A stretch of DNA of 64,000 nucleotides from an uncultured archaeon (lineage in GTDB: Archaea > Asgardarchaeota > Lokiarchaeia > Sigyniarchaeales > SOKP01). Shown one piece after another: positions 19,033 to 30,454 of the stretch; the stretch's first letter is position 1, and each line of letters opens with the position of its first letter. The stretch is taken from the NCBI GenBank assembly GCA_964525635.1, contig CAZGJX010000002.1, positions 12,024 to 76,023 on the forward strand, written 5' to 3'. Position numbers and translations under genes: made by a program. The notes below the pieces were generated by a model. The model was given only the letters and a program-made list of their open reading frames with translations. It ran no database searches and was not told where the DNA came from.

Positions 19033-20374
19033 ATGAAAAAAAAAGATATATTATTAATTATAATTCTTTCACTCAACTTTTTCATAATAAGTATTCCTAA
19101 ATTGAAAAATACTGGCAATCTATCTACTTTAAATTCAAGTTCTAATGGATCTGTTTATACTTACTATTCTAATATAACTATAATCTCTGATTGGATTTAG
19201 TGAATCATTTTGGAATGATGGAATTAGTTTTTCTCCTTCCATAGCCGTTGATAATTCTGGAAATATACATGTAGTTTGGTCTGATACTACTAGTGGTGCT
19301 TGGGGTATATATACGGAAATTTTTTATGCATCATATTCAGGTTCCACTTGGTCAAATGCCACAGTTATTTCAGATGGATATAATGGCACCTATTGGAATA
19401 ATGGAGCTAATATTCAAACTTCTATTGCTATTGATAATTTAAATGGAGTTCATGTTATTTGGTCTAATTCTTCATTAGGTATTTGGGAAGGTGATGCTTC
19501 TGATTATGAAATTATGTATGTGTGTATTTATATTGAAACAGAGATTTCTCCCAATATTTCATTTGATAATAATCTTATCCTAAGTATTTCTCTTTTGGGA
19601 ATTATAGGAATATTAATATTTCTTAAAGATTATTTTAAGAGAAGAAAAGTATTTTCAATTAAGAGAAATATTTTAATAGATATATCGACAATCTCGTTAG
19701 CCCTCTCTGAATCTATTGTCTAAATATATCAAATAAATTATAATTCTCAATTATATCAATATGGAATATCGGATGAACCTTTATTATACCTCTTTCCCTT
19801 TATAATTTTAATTATATCACTAATTATTGCAATATTACTCCTATTCTCTGTTATTACCACCTTACAGGAATATAAATCATATTTAAATTCTAAAAGAAAT
19901 AATATTGTTAGCAATCGTCGACTGGACTTTGAGAAGGTATTTGAGAACGAAAATCGAAAAAAGATAATTGAAAGTATTATTTATAGTTCTGGAATTCATT
20001 TTAAAGAACTGCTAAGAGAATGTCATTTACAACCTGGTCAACTACAATGGCATTTAAAGATATTATTAGAATATGGAATAATTAAAGAAAAGAAAGTAGG
20101 ACGATATAACACATATTTTCCATGTTATTATGATTTAGAATCTAAAACATATAATCATAAGATCATGAAATCAGAAACTAGTTTAGAAATATTAAGCATA
20201 ATTGCAAGGTTTCCTGGAATAACCCCCTCTGCTATTACTGATAAAATTTGATTAAAAAAAAATACTATGAATTATCACATTAATAAGTTAAGAAAAAATA
20301 ATCTAATTTTATCTCAAAAAAAAGGTCGTAATTTATTGATTTATCCAGTTAAAGAAATAAAAATAGAAATTTGA
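19033..20374 (+). pseudogene. Disrupted transmembrane sensor-regulator: signal peptide, extracellular repeats, TM, tandem winged HTH
   Basis: MKKKD plus hydrophobic signal. Two repeats (SIAVDNSGNIHVVW / SIAIDNLNGVHVIW), TM helices, and COG3398-like wHTH (NENRKKI..GIHFKEL..QLQWHL; PGI..YHINKL). Frameshift at about 19194, TAA at 19721, TGA at 20249. Confidence 0.75.
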
Positions 20375-20434
20375 TACTATTTTATTATAGAAATAAATTC
20401 TTTAATATATTATAATTTATATTCTATGATAAAT

Positions 20435-21046
20435 TTATTCAATTCGGTTATTATTTTCTGAAATATTATTTGTATCGTAAAAAATAGCCCCTTTAAATCC
20501 AAATAAAATGTTTGTAATGCCTTCCATTCCTAAATAAATTAATAATGATAGGGGAATATGGTTTAGATTGAATATAAGCTCGAAAAATATTAAAATAACC
20601 AAAAATAATGCAGTATATCCCTCAATAATAAGCCATGAATGAAAAAGATTGGTTATAGATTGTTTTAATTTGGTACTTTTTAGTTTCAAAATATTATAGA
20701 CGATAATTTGAAATATAGTTATAATATATGTTAAAATAAAAAGATAAAACGTTATTAATTTAAAATATAACCAATAAATAGAAATAAATATCCAAAATAT
20801 ACCCAAAATCCCGATTATTTTTAAAGAAAGTAAATCTTTTTTTTTTACTTGTTCAGAGTGATATTTAAAATCAAATATTTTTTTTATCCCTGGTAGTTCC
20901 ATTTGACTTAAAATTGCGGTGTATAAGATGAGTAGTGTAAAATTACCAATATCAATCATCAATATTAAAAGAATAAATTCAATTGAAACAAATCCCATAG
21001 TCATGGAAATAAGACGCATTCTTTGAAAATTCTTTTTCTCATTCAT
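20435..21046 (-). CDS. Hypothetical multi-pass membrane protein
   Basis: 203-aa ORF with about 6 hydrophobic segments. Confidence 0.6.
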   Translation of the reverse strand: MNEKKNFQRMRLISMTMGFVSIEFILLILMIDIGNFTLLILYTAILSQMELPGIKKIFDFKYHSEQVKKKDLLSLKIIGILGIFWIFISIYWLYFKLITFYLFILTYIITIFQIIVYNILKLKSTKLKQSITNLFHSWLIIEGYTALFLVILIFFELIFNLNHIPLSLLIYLGMEGITNILFGFKGAIFYDTNNISENNNRIE

Positions 21047-21209
21047 ATAAGTGCATTTTATCTTATATTTTATATTAATTTAATTCTATTTTTAATAGAC
21101 TCTAATTTGTAGAGATCTTCTATATTGAAAAATTTTATTTTCGAAAATACATTTTCTTGATTATTATACTATTTAATCACAAAAAATTGGATAGATAAAG
21201 GTTAAAAAT

Positions 21210-23867
21210 ATGACAACAGAAAATGAAAAATATGTCTATGATTTTTCTGAAGGTAAAAAAGAATTAAAGAATCTACTAGGCGGAAAAGGTGCTAATCTTG
21301 CTGAAATGACCAATATTGGTTTAAACATCCCTCAAGGATTCACTATAACTACATCTGCTTGTTTAAAATATTATGAAAATCAAGATCAAGTAATGGAGAC
21401 TTTAAAACCAGCTGTATTAGATGCTATTAAAAGATTGGAAGATAAATACAATAAAAAATTTGGTGACATAAAAGATCCATTATTAGTTTCTGTTCGCTCG
21501 GGGGCACCAATGTCAATGCCTGGAATGATGGATACGGTGCTTAATTTAGGATTAAACGATGAAAGCGTTAAAGGTCTTGCTGAACAAACAGGGAATGAGA
21601 GATTTGCTTATGACTCTTATCGTCGATTTTTACAGATGTTCTCAGATGTAGTAATGGGAATTGAATTAGATCACTTTGAAGAGATATTAAACGCATATAA
21701 AGCAAAAAAAGGAGAAAATGCTAAAGATACGGATTTAGAAATTAGTGACTTAAAGAACATTATTAGAGAATATAAAGCTCTATATGAAAAAGAAATTGGT
21801 TCTCCTTTTCCTCAAAGTCCTCAAGAACAATTATTCAATTCAATTGACGCAGTGTTCAAATCTTGGAATAATAAAAGAGCAATAACATATCGTAAAATGA
21901 ATAAAATCCCAAATTTTGGGACTGCTGTTAATGTACAAGTAATGGTCTTTGGTAATAAGGGATGGAGTTCAGGAACAGGTGTAGCTTTTACAAGAGATCC
22001 TTCAACAGGAGAAAAAAGAAGATTTGGAGAATATTTAGCAAATGCTCAAGGAGAAGATGTTGTAGCTGGAATTAGAACACCAAAAACAATGACAGAAATG
22101 AAAGAAGAATTTCCTAAAGTTTACGATGAATTAATGAGTTTAATGGAGAAATTAGAAAATCACTATAAAGATATGCAAGATATTGAATTTACAATTGAAG
22201 ACGGAGAACTTTTTATATTACAAACTAGAAATGGTAAGAGAACACCTACATCTGCAGTTAAAATTGCTGTTGATATGGTTAAAGAAGGTTTAATCACTAA
22301 AGAGCAAGCAATAATGAGTATTGATGCAAAATCAATATCTGATTTATTATTTAAAAGCATAGATGATAAAGCAGATTTTGAAGTCATCGCAAAGGGTATT
22401 AATGCTTCTCCTGGAGCAGTTACAGGAATTGCTATTTTTGATTCAGATAGAACTGAAGAATTAAAAAACAAAGAAAATATGGATGTTATCCTTGTTAGAC
22501 CTCAAACAAAACCTGATGATGTTCATGGATTATATGCTTCAGTTGGAGTATTAACTCAATTTGGTGGAAAAACTTCTCATGCTGCTGTTGTAGCTAGAGG
22601 AATAGGAAAACCTGCAGTAGTTGGTGCTCAAGATGTTAAAATAGATATTAAAAATAAGCAATTTACTGTTGGAAATACTATTGTAAAGGAAGGAGATTAT
22701 ATAACGATAGATGGAACTACTGGAAGGATTATTAAAGGTAAAGTTCCATTAGTAGATCCAGAATTAACCGGAGAATTTATAGAATTATTAGACATAGCTG
22801 ATGAAATAAAGAAACTAGGTGTACGTGCAAATGCTGACACACCAACTGATGCTACAAAGGCCCTTGAATTTGGTGCTCAAGGAATAGGTCTCTGTAGAAC
22901 AGAACATATGTTTATGGCACAAGAAAGATTGCCAGTTGTACAGCAAATGATAATGGCAAAAACAACAGAAGAAAGACAAGTTGCATTAGACAAGATACTA
23001 CCAATGCAAAAGGGCGATTTTTATGATATATTTAAAATAATGAAGGGTAAACCAGTGACTATTCGATTATTAGATCCCCCATTACATGAGTTCTTACCAG
23101 AATTTACAGAACTTTTGTTAGAAACTCAAAAACTTAAAATGACCAATGCAGCAACCGATGAGGAATTGAAGGAAAAAGAAGAACTTATTCATATAATTAG
23201 AACATTGCATGAAGAAAATCCTATGATGGGTCTTAGAGGATGCCGTTTAGGAATTACATGGCCAGAAATAAATGAAATGCAGGTAAGAGCAATTTTTCAA
23301 GCAGCTTGTGAAATAAAGAAAGAAGGGATAAATGTTAAACCTGAAGTTATGATTCCCTTAGTTGGTATGCTTTCAGAGTTAAAAATAGTAAAAGATCAAC
23401 TTGTAAAAATAGCTAAAGAAACAATAGATCATTATAATGTAGATTTAGACTATAAATTTGGGACAATGATTGAAATACCCAGAGCGGCTTTAGTTGCTGA
23501 TAAAATTGCTACTGAAGCAGAATTCTTTTCATTTGGAACTAATGATTTAACACAAATGACTTTTGGATTCTCAAGAGATGATGCTGAAGGTAAATTTCTC
23601 CCAATCTATTTTGAAAGAGGAGTTATGACAGATAATCCATTTGAAATCTTAGATCAGGAAGGAGTAGGACAATTAATGAAGATGGCTATTCAAAAGGGAA
23701 GAGATACACGTAAAGATTTAAAATGTGGGATTTGTGGAGAACATGGCGGAGAGCCTAGCTCCATAGATTTTGCTCATAGAATAGGATTAAATTATGTTTC
23801 TTGTTCACCTTATAGAATTCCTATAGCAAGAATTGCTGCTGCTCAAGCAAATATTAAAAACAAATAA
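21210..23867 (+). CDS. ppdK: Pyruvate, phosphate dikinase
   Basis: LLGGKGANLAEM, SVRSGAPMSMPGMMDT, NAQGEDVVAG, GGKTSHAAVVARG, GLCRTEHMF, GTNDLTQ, GICGEHGG. Confidence 0.98.
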   Translation: MTTENEKYVYDFSEGKKELKNLLGGKGANLAEMTNIGLNIPQGFTITTSACLKYYENQDQVMETLKPAVLDAIKRLEDKYNKKFGDIKDPLLVSVRSGAPMSMPGMMDTVLNLGLNDESVKGLAEQTGNERFAYDSYRRFLQMFSDVVMGIELDHFEEILNAYKAKKGENAKDTDLEISDLKNIIREYKALYEKEIGSPFPQSPQEQLFNSIDAVFKSWNNKRAITYRKMNKIPNFGTAVNVQVMVFGNKGWSSGTGVAFTRDPSTGEKRRFGEYLANAQGEDVVAGIRTPKTMTEMKEEFPKVYDELMSLMEKLENHYKDMQDIEFTIEDGELFILQTRNGKRTPTSAVKIAVDMVKEGLITKEQAIMSIDAKSISDLLFKSIDDKADFEVIAKGINASPGAVTGIAIFDSDRTEELKNKENMDVILVRPQTKPDDVHGLYASVGVLTQFGGKTSHAAVVARGIGKPAVVGAQDVKIDIKNKQFTVGNTIVKEGDYITIDGTTGRIIKGKVPLVDPELTGEFIELLDIADEIKKLGVRANADTPTDATKALEFGAQGIGLCRTEHMFMAQERLPVVQQMIMAKTTEERQVALDKILPMQKGDFYDIFKIMKGKPVTIRLLDPPLHEFLPEFTELLLETQKLKMTNAATDEELKEKEELIHIIRTLHEENPMMGLRGCRLGITWPEINEMQVRAIFQAACEIKKEGINVKPEVMIPLVGMLSELKIVKDQLVKIAKETIDHYNVDLDYKFGTMIEIPRAALVADKIATEAEFFSFGTNDLTQMTFGFSRDDAEGKFLPIYFERGVMTDNPFEILDQEGVGQLMKMAIQKGRDTRKDLKCGICGEHGGEPSSIDFAHRIGLNYVSCSPYRIPIARIAAAQANIKNK

Positions 23868-24071
23868 TTATTTTCTTATTTATTATATTTGTCTATTTAT
23901 TTTTTTTATATTTTTTATAATATCTAATAATTATTACTCCAAAATACTTCGTGAGTAAATCATCTTTATCTAGATTATTATTAAATTTGTTCTCAAGAAA
24001 TCAGGAGAAAGTAAAAGATTTTATCGATTGATATATTTATTTAAACATATTAAAATTGGAGAGGTAAAATA

Positions 24072-25181
24072 TTGAGTTTGTCTTTAGAGGAAAAATTAGG
24101 ATTACTAACGGAAGTTGGGGAAGAAATAATTGAAGAAAATGAATTAAAGGAAATGCTGAAATGGAAAATAGAAAATAAAAAAGATATCATAGCGTATGAT
24201 GGATTTGAACCTTCTGGAAACATTCATATAGCTCAAGGCCTTCTAAGAGCAATAAATGTTAATAAATTAACTAAAGCGGGTATAAAATTTAAATTTCTAA
24301 TTGCAGATTGGCATGCAGCAGCAAATCAAAAATTTGGAGGAGATCTTGAAGTAATAAAAAAAGTAGGCGATTTCTTTATAGAAGTCTGGAAAGTATGTGA
24401 AATGGATTTATCTCAGATTGAATTTATATATGCTTCAGATATAGTTAAAGATCCTAAATACTGGGAATTAGTATTAAAAATAGCTATCAATAGTACTCTA
24501 AATAGGATTATTCGATGCACTCAAATTATGGGAAGAAGCGAGAGTGATGTTTTAACCGCATCTCAAATTCTCTATCCTATTATGCAAGCCGCAGATATAT
24601 TCCACCTCAATGTTGATATATGTCAATTAGGATTAGATCAAAGAAAAGTAAATATGCTTGCCAGAGAAGTGTCCAAAATTTTTGATCTTCCTAAGCCAAT
24701 CTCAATTCATCATCACATGTTAATGGGATTAACACCTCCTCCTAAAACGGATCTCTTAGGAATCGATAGAACTATACATTTTAAAATGTCAAAATCAAAT
24801 CCAGATTCTGCTATATTTATGTTAGATAATCTTGAGGATATTAAACGTAAAATAAATAAAGCTTATTGTCCTGAAAAAGAAGCAAGAGAAAATCCCATTC
24901 TTGAATATTGTAAATATATCATATTTGAACGCTTTGATAGCGTTAAAATTGAAAGACCAGATAAATTTGGAGGAAATATTGAATATAATAAATATATTGA
25001 TATAGAAGAAGACTATATTAAAGGGAATTTACATCCTATGGATCTTAAAAAGGCAGTTATCAAATATTTAAATCAATTAATTGAACCTATAAGAGAACAC
25101 TTTCAAAAAGATCAGAAAGCCAAAGAATTATACACATTTGTTAAGAAAGAATATAAAAAGTTTAGCTCTAAAAAATTATAA
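24072..25181 (+). CDS. tyrS: Tyrosine-tRNA ligase (archaeal/eukaryal type)
   Basis: AYDGFEPSGNIHIAQG (HIGH-like), YPIMQAAD, GLDQRK, KMSKS. Confidence 0.96.
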   Translation: MSLSLEEKLGLLTEVGEEIIEENELKEMLKWKIENKKDIIAYDGFEPSGNIHIAQGLLRAINVNKLTKAGIKFKFLIADWHAAANQKFGGDLEVIKKVGDFFIEVWKVCEMDLSQIEFIYASDIVKDPKYWELVLKIAINSTLNRIIRCTQIMGRSESDVLTASQILYPIMQAADIFHLNVDICQLGLDQRKVNMLAREVSKIFDLPKPISIHHHMLMGLTPPPKTDLLGIDRTIHFKMSKSNPDSAIFMLDNLEDIKRKINKAYCPEKEARENPILEYCKYIIFERFDSVKIERPDKFGGNIEYNKYIDIEEDYIKGNLHPMDLKKAVIKYLNQLIEPIREHFQKDQKAKELYTFVKKEYKKFSSKKL

Positions 25182-25343
25182 TTCTTTATTATTTCATTCA
25201 ATATTTCCGATAAATGCGATTTATATTAATAAGCATTATTATACATCAATAATTTTAGATTAAGTTTAACAACAATTTTATTGTTATTAAGCAAGTTTCA
25301 AAAAATATTTATACATAGCTATATTCTAAAGCTTGATTTAATT

Positions 25344-26456
25344 ATGAGTGATGTACATTTTAATAAAGCTGAAGGCTCAAAATTAAAATTATTTACTCCT
25401 GGTCCTGTCCAAGTTCCCGATAGAGTACTCAATGCTATGGCATTAGCTAATGATACACATAGATCTGGGCCTTACTCAGAAATGCATAAATTAGCAATAG
25501 AAGGGCTTCAAAAAGTATTATATACTAAAAATGAATGCCTTATATTCACTTCAAGTGCTACAGGAATTATGGAAGCTTGTGTTAGAAATTTAATTAGTGA
25601 TAATGAAAAAGCACTATTCCTCTCTATAGGAGCATTTGGAGATCGATGGTATCAGATTGGAGTTAATAATGGAAAAAATTCTACAAAGGCAGAGATAGAA
25701 TGGGGTAAAGCAGCTACACCTGACATTGTAAAAGAGGAATTATCAAAAGATAACTATGCTGTAGTTTGTCTCCAAGCAAATGAAACGTCAACTGGTGTAT
25801 ATAATCCTGTGAATGAGATCATACCCATTATTAAAGATTCAGGTGCTCTCGTTTGTATTGATGCAACATCTTCTATGGCAGGTGTAAAGATAGAAGTGGA
25901 TACTCTTGGAATAGATGTTTGCTTAGCTTCGGTTCAAAAATGCTTTGCATTACCTCCTGGATTAGCAGTGTGTTCAGTCTCATCTGCAGCATTTGATAAA
26001 GCGAAGGAAGTAAAGAATAGGGGATTATATTTAGATTTTCTTGATTTACAGAAAAAAAACAAGGTAAATCAAACACCAAATACACCCCCAATCCCTCAAA
26101 TTAGAGGATTAGTAGTTCAATTAGATTATTTCTTAAATGAAGAGGGAATAGAAAATAGATTTGAAAGACATCAACGTTTAGGAGAAAGAACCCGAATCTG
26201 GGCAAAAAAAATGGATTTAGAAATGTTTCCCGAAAAGGGTTATGAATCAAATACCGTATCTACCATGACCAATACAATTAATATTGATTTTAGTAAGATG
26301 ATATCTACAATGTTAGATAAAAGATACAGAATTGTGAACGGTTATGGTTCTCTAGCAAATAAAACCTTTAGGATTGGCCATATGGGAGAAATAACTGTTA
26401 GCGAATTAGAAGAAATGTTAGAAATATTAACAGAAGTGATATCAGAATTAAAATAA
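25344..26456 (+). CDS. Class V PLP aminotransferase (serine-pyruvate/alanine-glyoxylate type)
   Basis: LFTPGPV, NETSTG, DATSS, SVQKCFALPPGL, FRIGHMG. Confidence 0.9.
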   Translation: MSDVHFNKAEGSKLKLFTPGPVQVPDRVLNAMALANDTHRSGPYSEMHKLAIEGLQKVLYTKNECLIFTSSATGIMEACVRNLISDNEKALFLSIGAFGDRWYQIGVNNGKNSTKAEIEWGKAATPDIVKEELSKDNYAVVCLQANETSTGVYNPVNEIIPIIKDSGALVCIDATSSMAGVKIEVDTLGIDVCLASVQKCFALPPGLAVCSVSSAAFDKAKEVKNRGLYLDFLDLQKKNKVNQTPNTPPIPQIRGLVVQLDYFLNEEGIENRFERHQRLGERTRIWAKKMDLEMFPEKGYESNTVSTMTNTINIDFSKMISTMLDKRYRIVNGYGSLANKTFRIGHMGEITVSELEEMLEILTEVISELK

Positions 26457-26723
26457 AATTTGATATCTCAATTTTCTTTTTTTTAATCATAGATTTTCGA
26501 ATGAGATGTTTCTAAAGAAATATTATATCTAAAACTTTTAATTTCTTGATTAATCTTGATATTACTCTAATAAGCTTTTTAATATTTTCCCTTTTTTTTT
26601 TGTTATTGACAACCTTTATAACATAACACTAAATTGTTAAACATATAAATATCAACTATTATTAATTCATTAAAGTTAAAATATAATTATTCAATAAGTA
26701 TTTCGATCTAATTTACTATTATT

Positions 26724-28460
26724 ATGAGTCCTTCAAATGAAGAACTATCGGTACTAAAAAGTCTGGAGACTGAAATTGGTGGAGAGATACCAGAAGCTAA
26801 TGAATTATCATCCCATTCTATTGGATATAAAGTCAAAGATAATAAAATAACAGGTTTGAGCTTATTTTCATGTGGTTTGGAAAATATGCCTAAGAAAATG
26901 GCTTTTTTAAGTCATTTAAAAAAGTTATACTTGAGAGGAAATAATATAAAATTATTTTCCGAAAAAATTTGTTCATTAGAATCTCTCAATCTATTAGATT
27001 TAAGTGAAAATAAATTAAAATTTATTCCCGATGAAATTCTGCTGTTAAAAAATTTAAAAGTATTAAATTTGGAAACAAATGAATTGAGAAACCTCCCAAG
27101 TAATATTGGAAGTCTTAATAATCTTGAATCTTTAGATTTAAGTAGTAATATTTTAAATCAGATTCCTCAATCTTTGGGAAATTTAATTAATTTAAAATTC
27201 CTCAATTTAAGCAATAATAATATAAATATTTTACCAGATTCAATTGGTTCTCTCTCATCCTTAAAATTTTTATATATAAGTAATAATAACTTAGAAATAC
27301 TTACAGAAAAAATAGGTAATCTATCAAAATTAGAGAGATTGAATATTAGAAATAATAAATTAACTAAACTACCTGAATCATTTGGATCCCTAGACGCCTT
27401 AACTTCTTGCTTTCTAAAAGGAAATAAATTAGAATCTCTTCCAAATTCTATAGGATTACTAGAAAATTTAAAATATTTAGGTTTAAATTCAAACCAATTA
27501 AAAAATCTTCCAGATTCAATCGGTAATTTATATAAACTTGAAAATTTAAGTTTAAATGATAATATTATAACACAATTACCAGATGAGATATGTAATCTCC
27601 GTTTATTAATAAGATTTGATATTCAAAATAACGAATTAACTTCTTTACCAGAAAACATTGGTACCTTAACAAATTTAAAATTTTTCTTATTAAATAAAAA
27701 TAAGATTACACAATTACCAGATTCTATAGGATTATTAAATTCTTTAGAATCTCTAGAATTAAATCAAAATAAATTAAAAACCTTACCCGGAACAATAGAG
27801 AATTTAACTTCTTTAATTGATTTAGATCTATATAGTAATAATTTAAAATTTTTACCTGATTCCTTTGAAGGAATATTAAGTCTAAATATCTTAGATTTAA
27901 GTAGTAATGATCTCGAACAATTACCAAATTCTATCTGTAAATTAAGATCTCTAAAAGAATTGGATTTATCAAATAATAAATTACAAACTATTCCCAATTG
28001 CATTGGAGGATTAACATCTTTAATGAATTTTATTTTAGGATTTAATAATCTAAGTGAAATATCTGAATCAATAGGAAATATGACTAATCTAGAAACTTTA
28101 GATTTGGGAAAAAATCATCTTAGGAAAATTCCAGATTCAATTGGTAGGTTAAATTCTTTAAAATACTTATATTTATATTACAATAATCTCGTAGAAGTTC
28201 CAGAAGAATTAAGTTCTCTTGAAAATCTAGAATATCTAAATTTAAGTAATAATGAATTAAGAATCATTCCAAAAAACATAGGGTTGCTAAAATCACTTGA
28301 ATATTTATTTTTAAATATGAATCTTTTACAAAATGTCCCAGAATCACTTATGGATCTTAATAATCTTAAACATCTAGATATAAAAAAAAATAGTATCCAA
28401 GAAATACCTGCATTTCTAAGGATTTTAGAAGAAAAAGGTGTAAAAATCATTACTGAATAA
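26724..28460 (+). CDS. Leucine-rich repeat protein (about 21-22 x 23-aa LRR)
   Basis: Long regular LRR array after an N-terminal cap. No signal peptide or catalytic domain is visible. Confidence 0.95.
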   Translation: MSPSNEELSVLKSLETEIGGEIPEANELSSHSIGYKVKDNKITGLSLFSCGLENMPKKMAFLSHLKKLYLRGNNIKLFSEKICSLESLNLLDLSENKLKFIPDEILLLKNLKVLNLETNELRNLPSNIGSLNNLESLDLSSNILNQIPQSLGNLINLKFLNLSNNNINILPDSIGSLSSLKFLYISNNNLEILTEKIGNLSKLERLNIRNNKLTKLPESFGSLDALTSCFLKGNKLESLPNSIGLLENLKYLGLNSNQLKNLPDSIGNLYKLENLSLNDNIITQLPDEICNLRLLIRFDIQNNELTSLPENIGTLTNLKFFLLNKNKITQLPDSIGLLNSLESLELNQNKLKTLPGTIENLTSLIDLDLYSNNLKFLPDSFEGILSLNILDLSSNDLEQLPNSICKLRSLKELDLSNNKLQTIPNCIGGLTSLMNFILGFNNLSEISESIGNMTNLETLDLGKNHLRKIPDSIGRLNSLKYLYLYYNNLVEVPEELSSLENLEYLNLSNNELRIIPKNIGLLKSLEYLFLNMNLLQNVPESLMDLNNLKHLDIKKNSIQEIPAFLRILEEKGVKIITE

Positions 28461-28479
28461 TGGGATTCAGATATATATT

Positions 28480-29742
28480 TCATAATGAATAACTTTGTTT
28501 TGAATATGTTTTATCAGTAAATATAAAAACATCTTCATTATTGATTTCTTCTGGTGTCTCATTTAATTTTATTTTAATTGATATCATTTTATCTTTTATA
28601 CCTCTTGGGCTTTTATTAACCTTTTTCCCTTTATATTCTATATAATCAACTTTTTGATGTATATAAGTGTCATTATGTTTCCCCATAATAATTAAATCAT
28701 TATTCTTTTCAAAATATCCATTATCTAATATAATTTCAACAAAATTTGTCTGAGGATTATAATTCTTTATTCTCCCCACTTTTATATATCTATAATGAGA
28801 TAAATTATATGGATAATTATGCTGATGATCCTCTTCAGTCGCTTTTTTAAAGTAAAAGCCTGTAGTAAATCCTCTATTATATACCTTTTTTAATTCAGTT
28901 ACCCATCTTTTAGCTTTAACTTTAGTAAATGTATTATTATAGAACTCATCAATTGCTTCTCTATAAATTTTGGTGACAGTTTCCACATAATGAGGATGAC
29001 GCATCCGACCTTCTATTTTAAAAGCATCCACTTTAGATCTTATTAAATCTGGGATATAGGCGATTGTGCATAGATCTCTCGAATTCATAAATCGAATTCC
29101 ATCATAAAGGTATTCATTATTTTTATCATCTCGTACCCACCATTTTCTCCGACAAGGTTGTATACAATTACCTCGATTTGCAGATTTTTCTGAAGTCCCA
29201 CAAATATCTTGAGAAAAATAGCATCTTCCACTAATGGAGGCACACATCGCTCCATGAATAAAAATTTCTATTTGTGTAGAACTTAAATTTCTTTTAACTT
29301 CCTTAATTTTCTGCAATGATAATTCCCGCGCTAAAACAATACGTTCAGCACCTAATTTTTCATAAAATCTAGCGGATAAAGAATTGGACACATTACATTG
29401 TGTTGAGATGTGAAATGGTATTTTAATTCTTTTTGCAATTTCTATAGCAGCAATATCATGAACAATTATGGCATCTACTCCAACTTCTTTTGCAGTCCTA
29501 ATTATTCTTTCTAATTCCTGAATCTCATTATCATATAATAATATATTAGTTGTAAGATATGATTTCATTTCATGTTTTTTACAATAATCTACAATTTTAT
29601 CTAAATCTTTTAAATCTATATTATCAGATCGCATTCTCATATTAAATGATCTGACGCCGAAATATACAGAATCCGCATATTTGGTTGCTGCTTTTATTGC
29701 TTTTAAATTTTTAGCGGGAGCTAGTAATTCAACTTTCTTCAT
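28480..29742 (-). CDS. Peptidase U32 family Fe-S protein (TrhP/RlhA-like RNA hydroxylation)
   Basis: ELLAPA, HISTQ, LAREL, HGAMC.SISGRC..S, ANRGNCIQPCRR, FKIEGRMR. Confidence 0.9.
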   Translation of the reverse strand: MKKVELLAPAKNLKAIKAATKYADSVYFGVRSFNMRMRSDNIDLKDLDKIVDYCKKHEMKSYLTTNILLYDNEIQELERIIRTAKEVGVDAIIVHDIAAIEIAKRIKIPFHISTQCNVSNSLSARFYEKLGAERIVLARELSLQKIKEVKRNLSSTQIEIFIHGAMCASISGRCYFSQDICGTSEKSANRGNCIQPCRRKWWVRDDKNNEYLYDGIRFMNSRDLCTIAYIPDLIRSKVDAFKIEGRMRHPHYVETVTKIYREAIDEFYNNTFTKVKAKRWVTELKKVYNRGFTTGFYFKKATEEDHQHNYPYNLSHYRYIKVGRIKNYNPQTNFVEIILDNGYFEKNNDLIIMGKHNDTYIHQKVDYIEYKGKKVNKSPRGIKDKMISIKIKLNETPEEINNEDVFIFTDKTYSKQSYSL

Positions 29743-29837
29743 TCTTTATAATATTATTTATATCGAAATTAATATCTTTTTGTACTAAATCTAATAATAA
29801 TTCTAATTTCTATCTAAAACTTAAATTGAATATAACT

Positions 29838-30271
29838 TCACATATCAAAATTATATTTCCAAAAAGTAAACATTCCCGCTCCAAATTCTTCATTTGGTCT
29901 CTTAATAAAACCAAGTTTTTCATAAAATGGTTCTATATTTTTCGATGCTAATAATCCAATAGTTGCTAATGGGGATACATTTTCTTCAATAAAATTCATT
30001 ATTTTTTTCATTATTATTGTATACCTGTACCTCTTTTTTGAAATTTAGGTAAAACAATTACATCTTGAATATAATAGGCTAATCCTTCATCTCCAATTAT
30101 TCGTCCCATACCAATGATTTGATCTGCTTTTTCAACGCATATAAAATATATCGGATTATTAAGTCGCTTTTGAGTTGGAATTTTATCCAAAATTCGCCAA
30201 TTGACAGCTTTACGGAGTGTATGATATTCTTGAACCGTTGGAATTCTTTCTATCAATGAAAAATCTACCAT
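29838..30271 (-). pseudogene. GNAT N-acetyltransferase, frameshifted
   Basis: IGMGRIIGD..YIQDVIVLPKFQKRG, then a frameshift near 30020. The C-terminal half (IMKKIM..PFYEKLGF..GAGM) is in another frame. Confidence 0.8.
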
Positions 30272-30454
30272 ATTTCTTAAAAATATTTTTAATTTATTAT
30301 AATTTTTTTGAATTTATAGTAGATAGAAATTATTTTATATGGATTTCAAGGAAGACTTTATAACTCATCTTTTTCATTTATTTTTTAAATAGTAATTTTT
30401 ATTAAACAGTTACTCTTGCTGATTCATTTATAAAAAAATAACCCTCTTATAAAC

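Noticed and set aside
28480-29742. Link between the prephenate-dependent U32 enzyme and pheA
   Set aside because: The genes are 20 kb apart with no shared operon, so the sequence gives no support.
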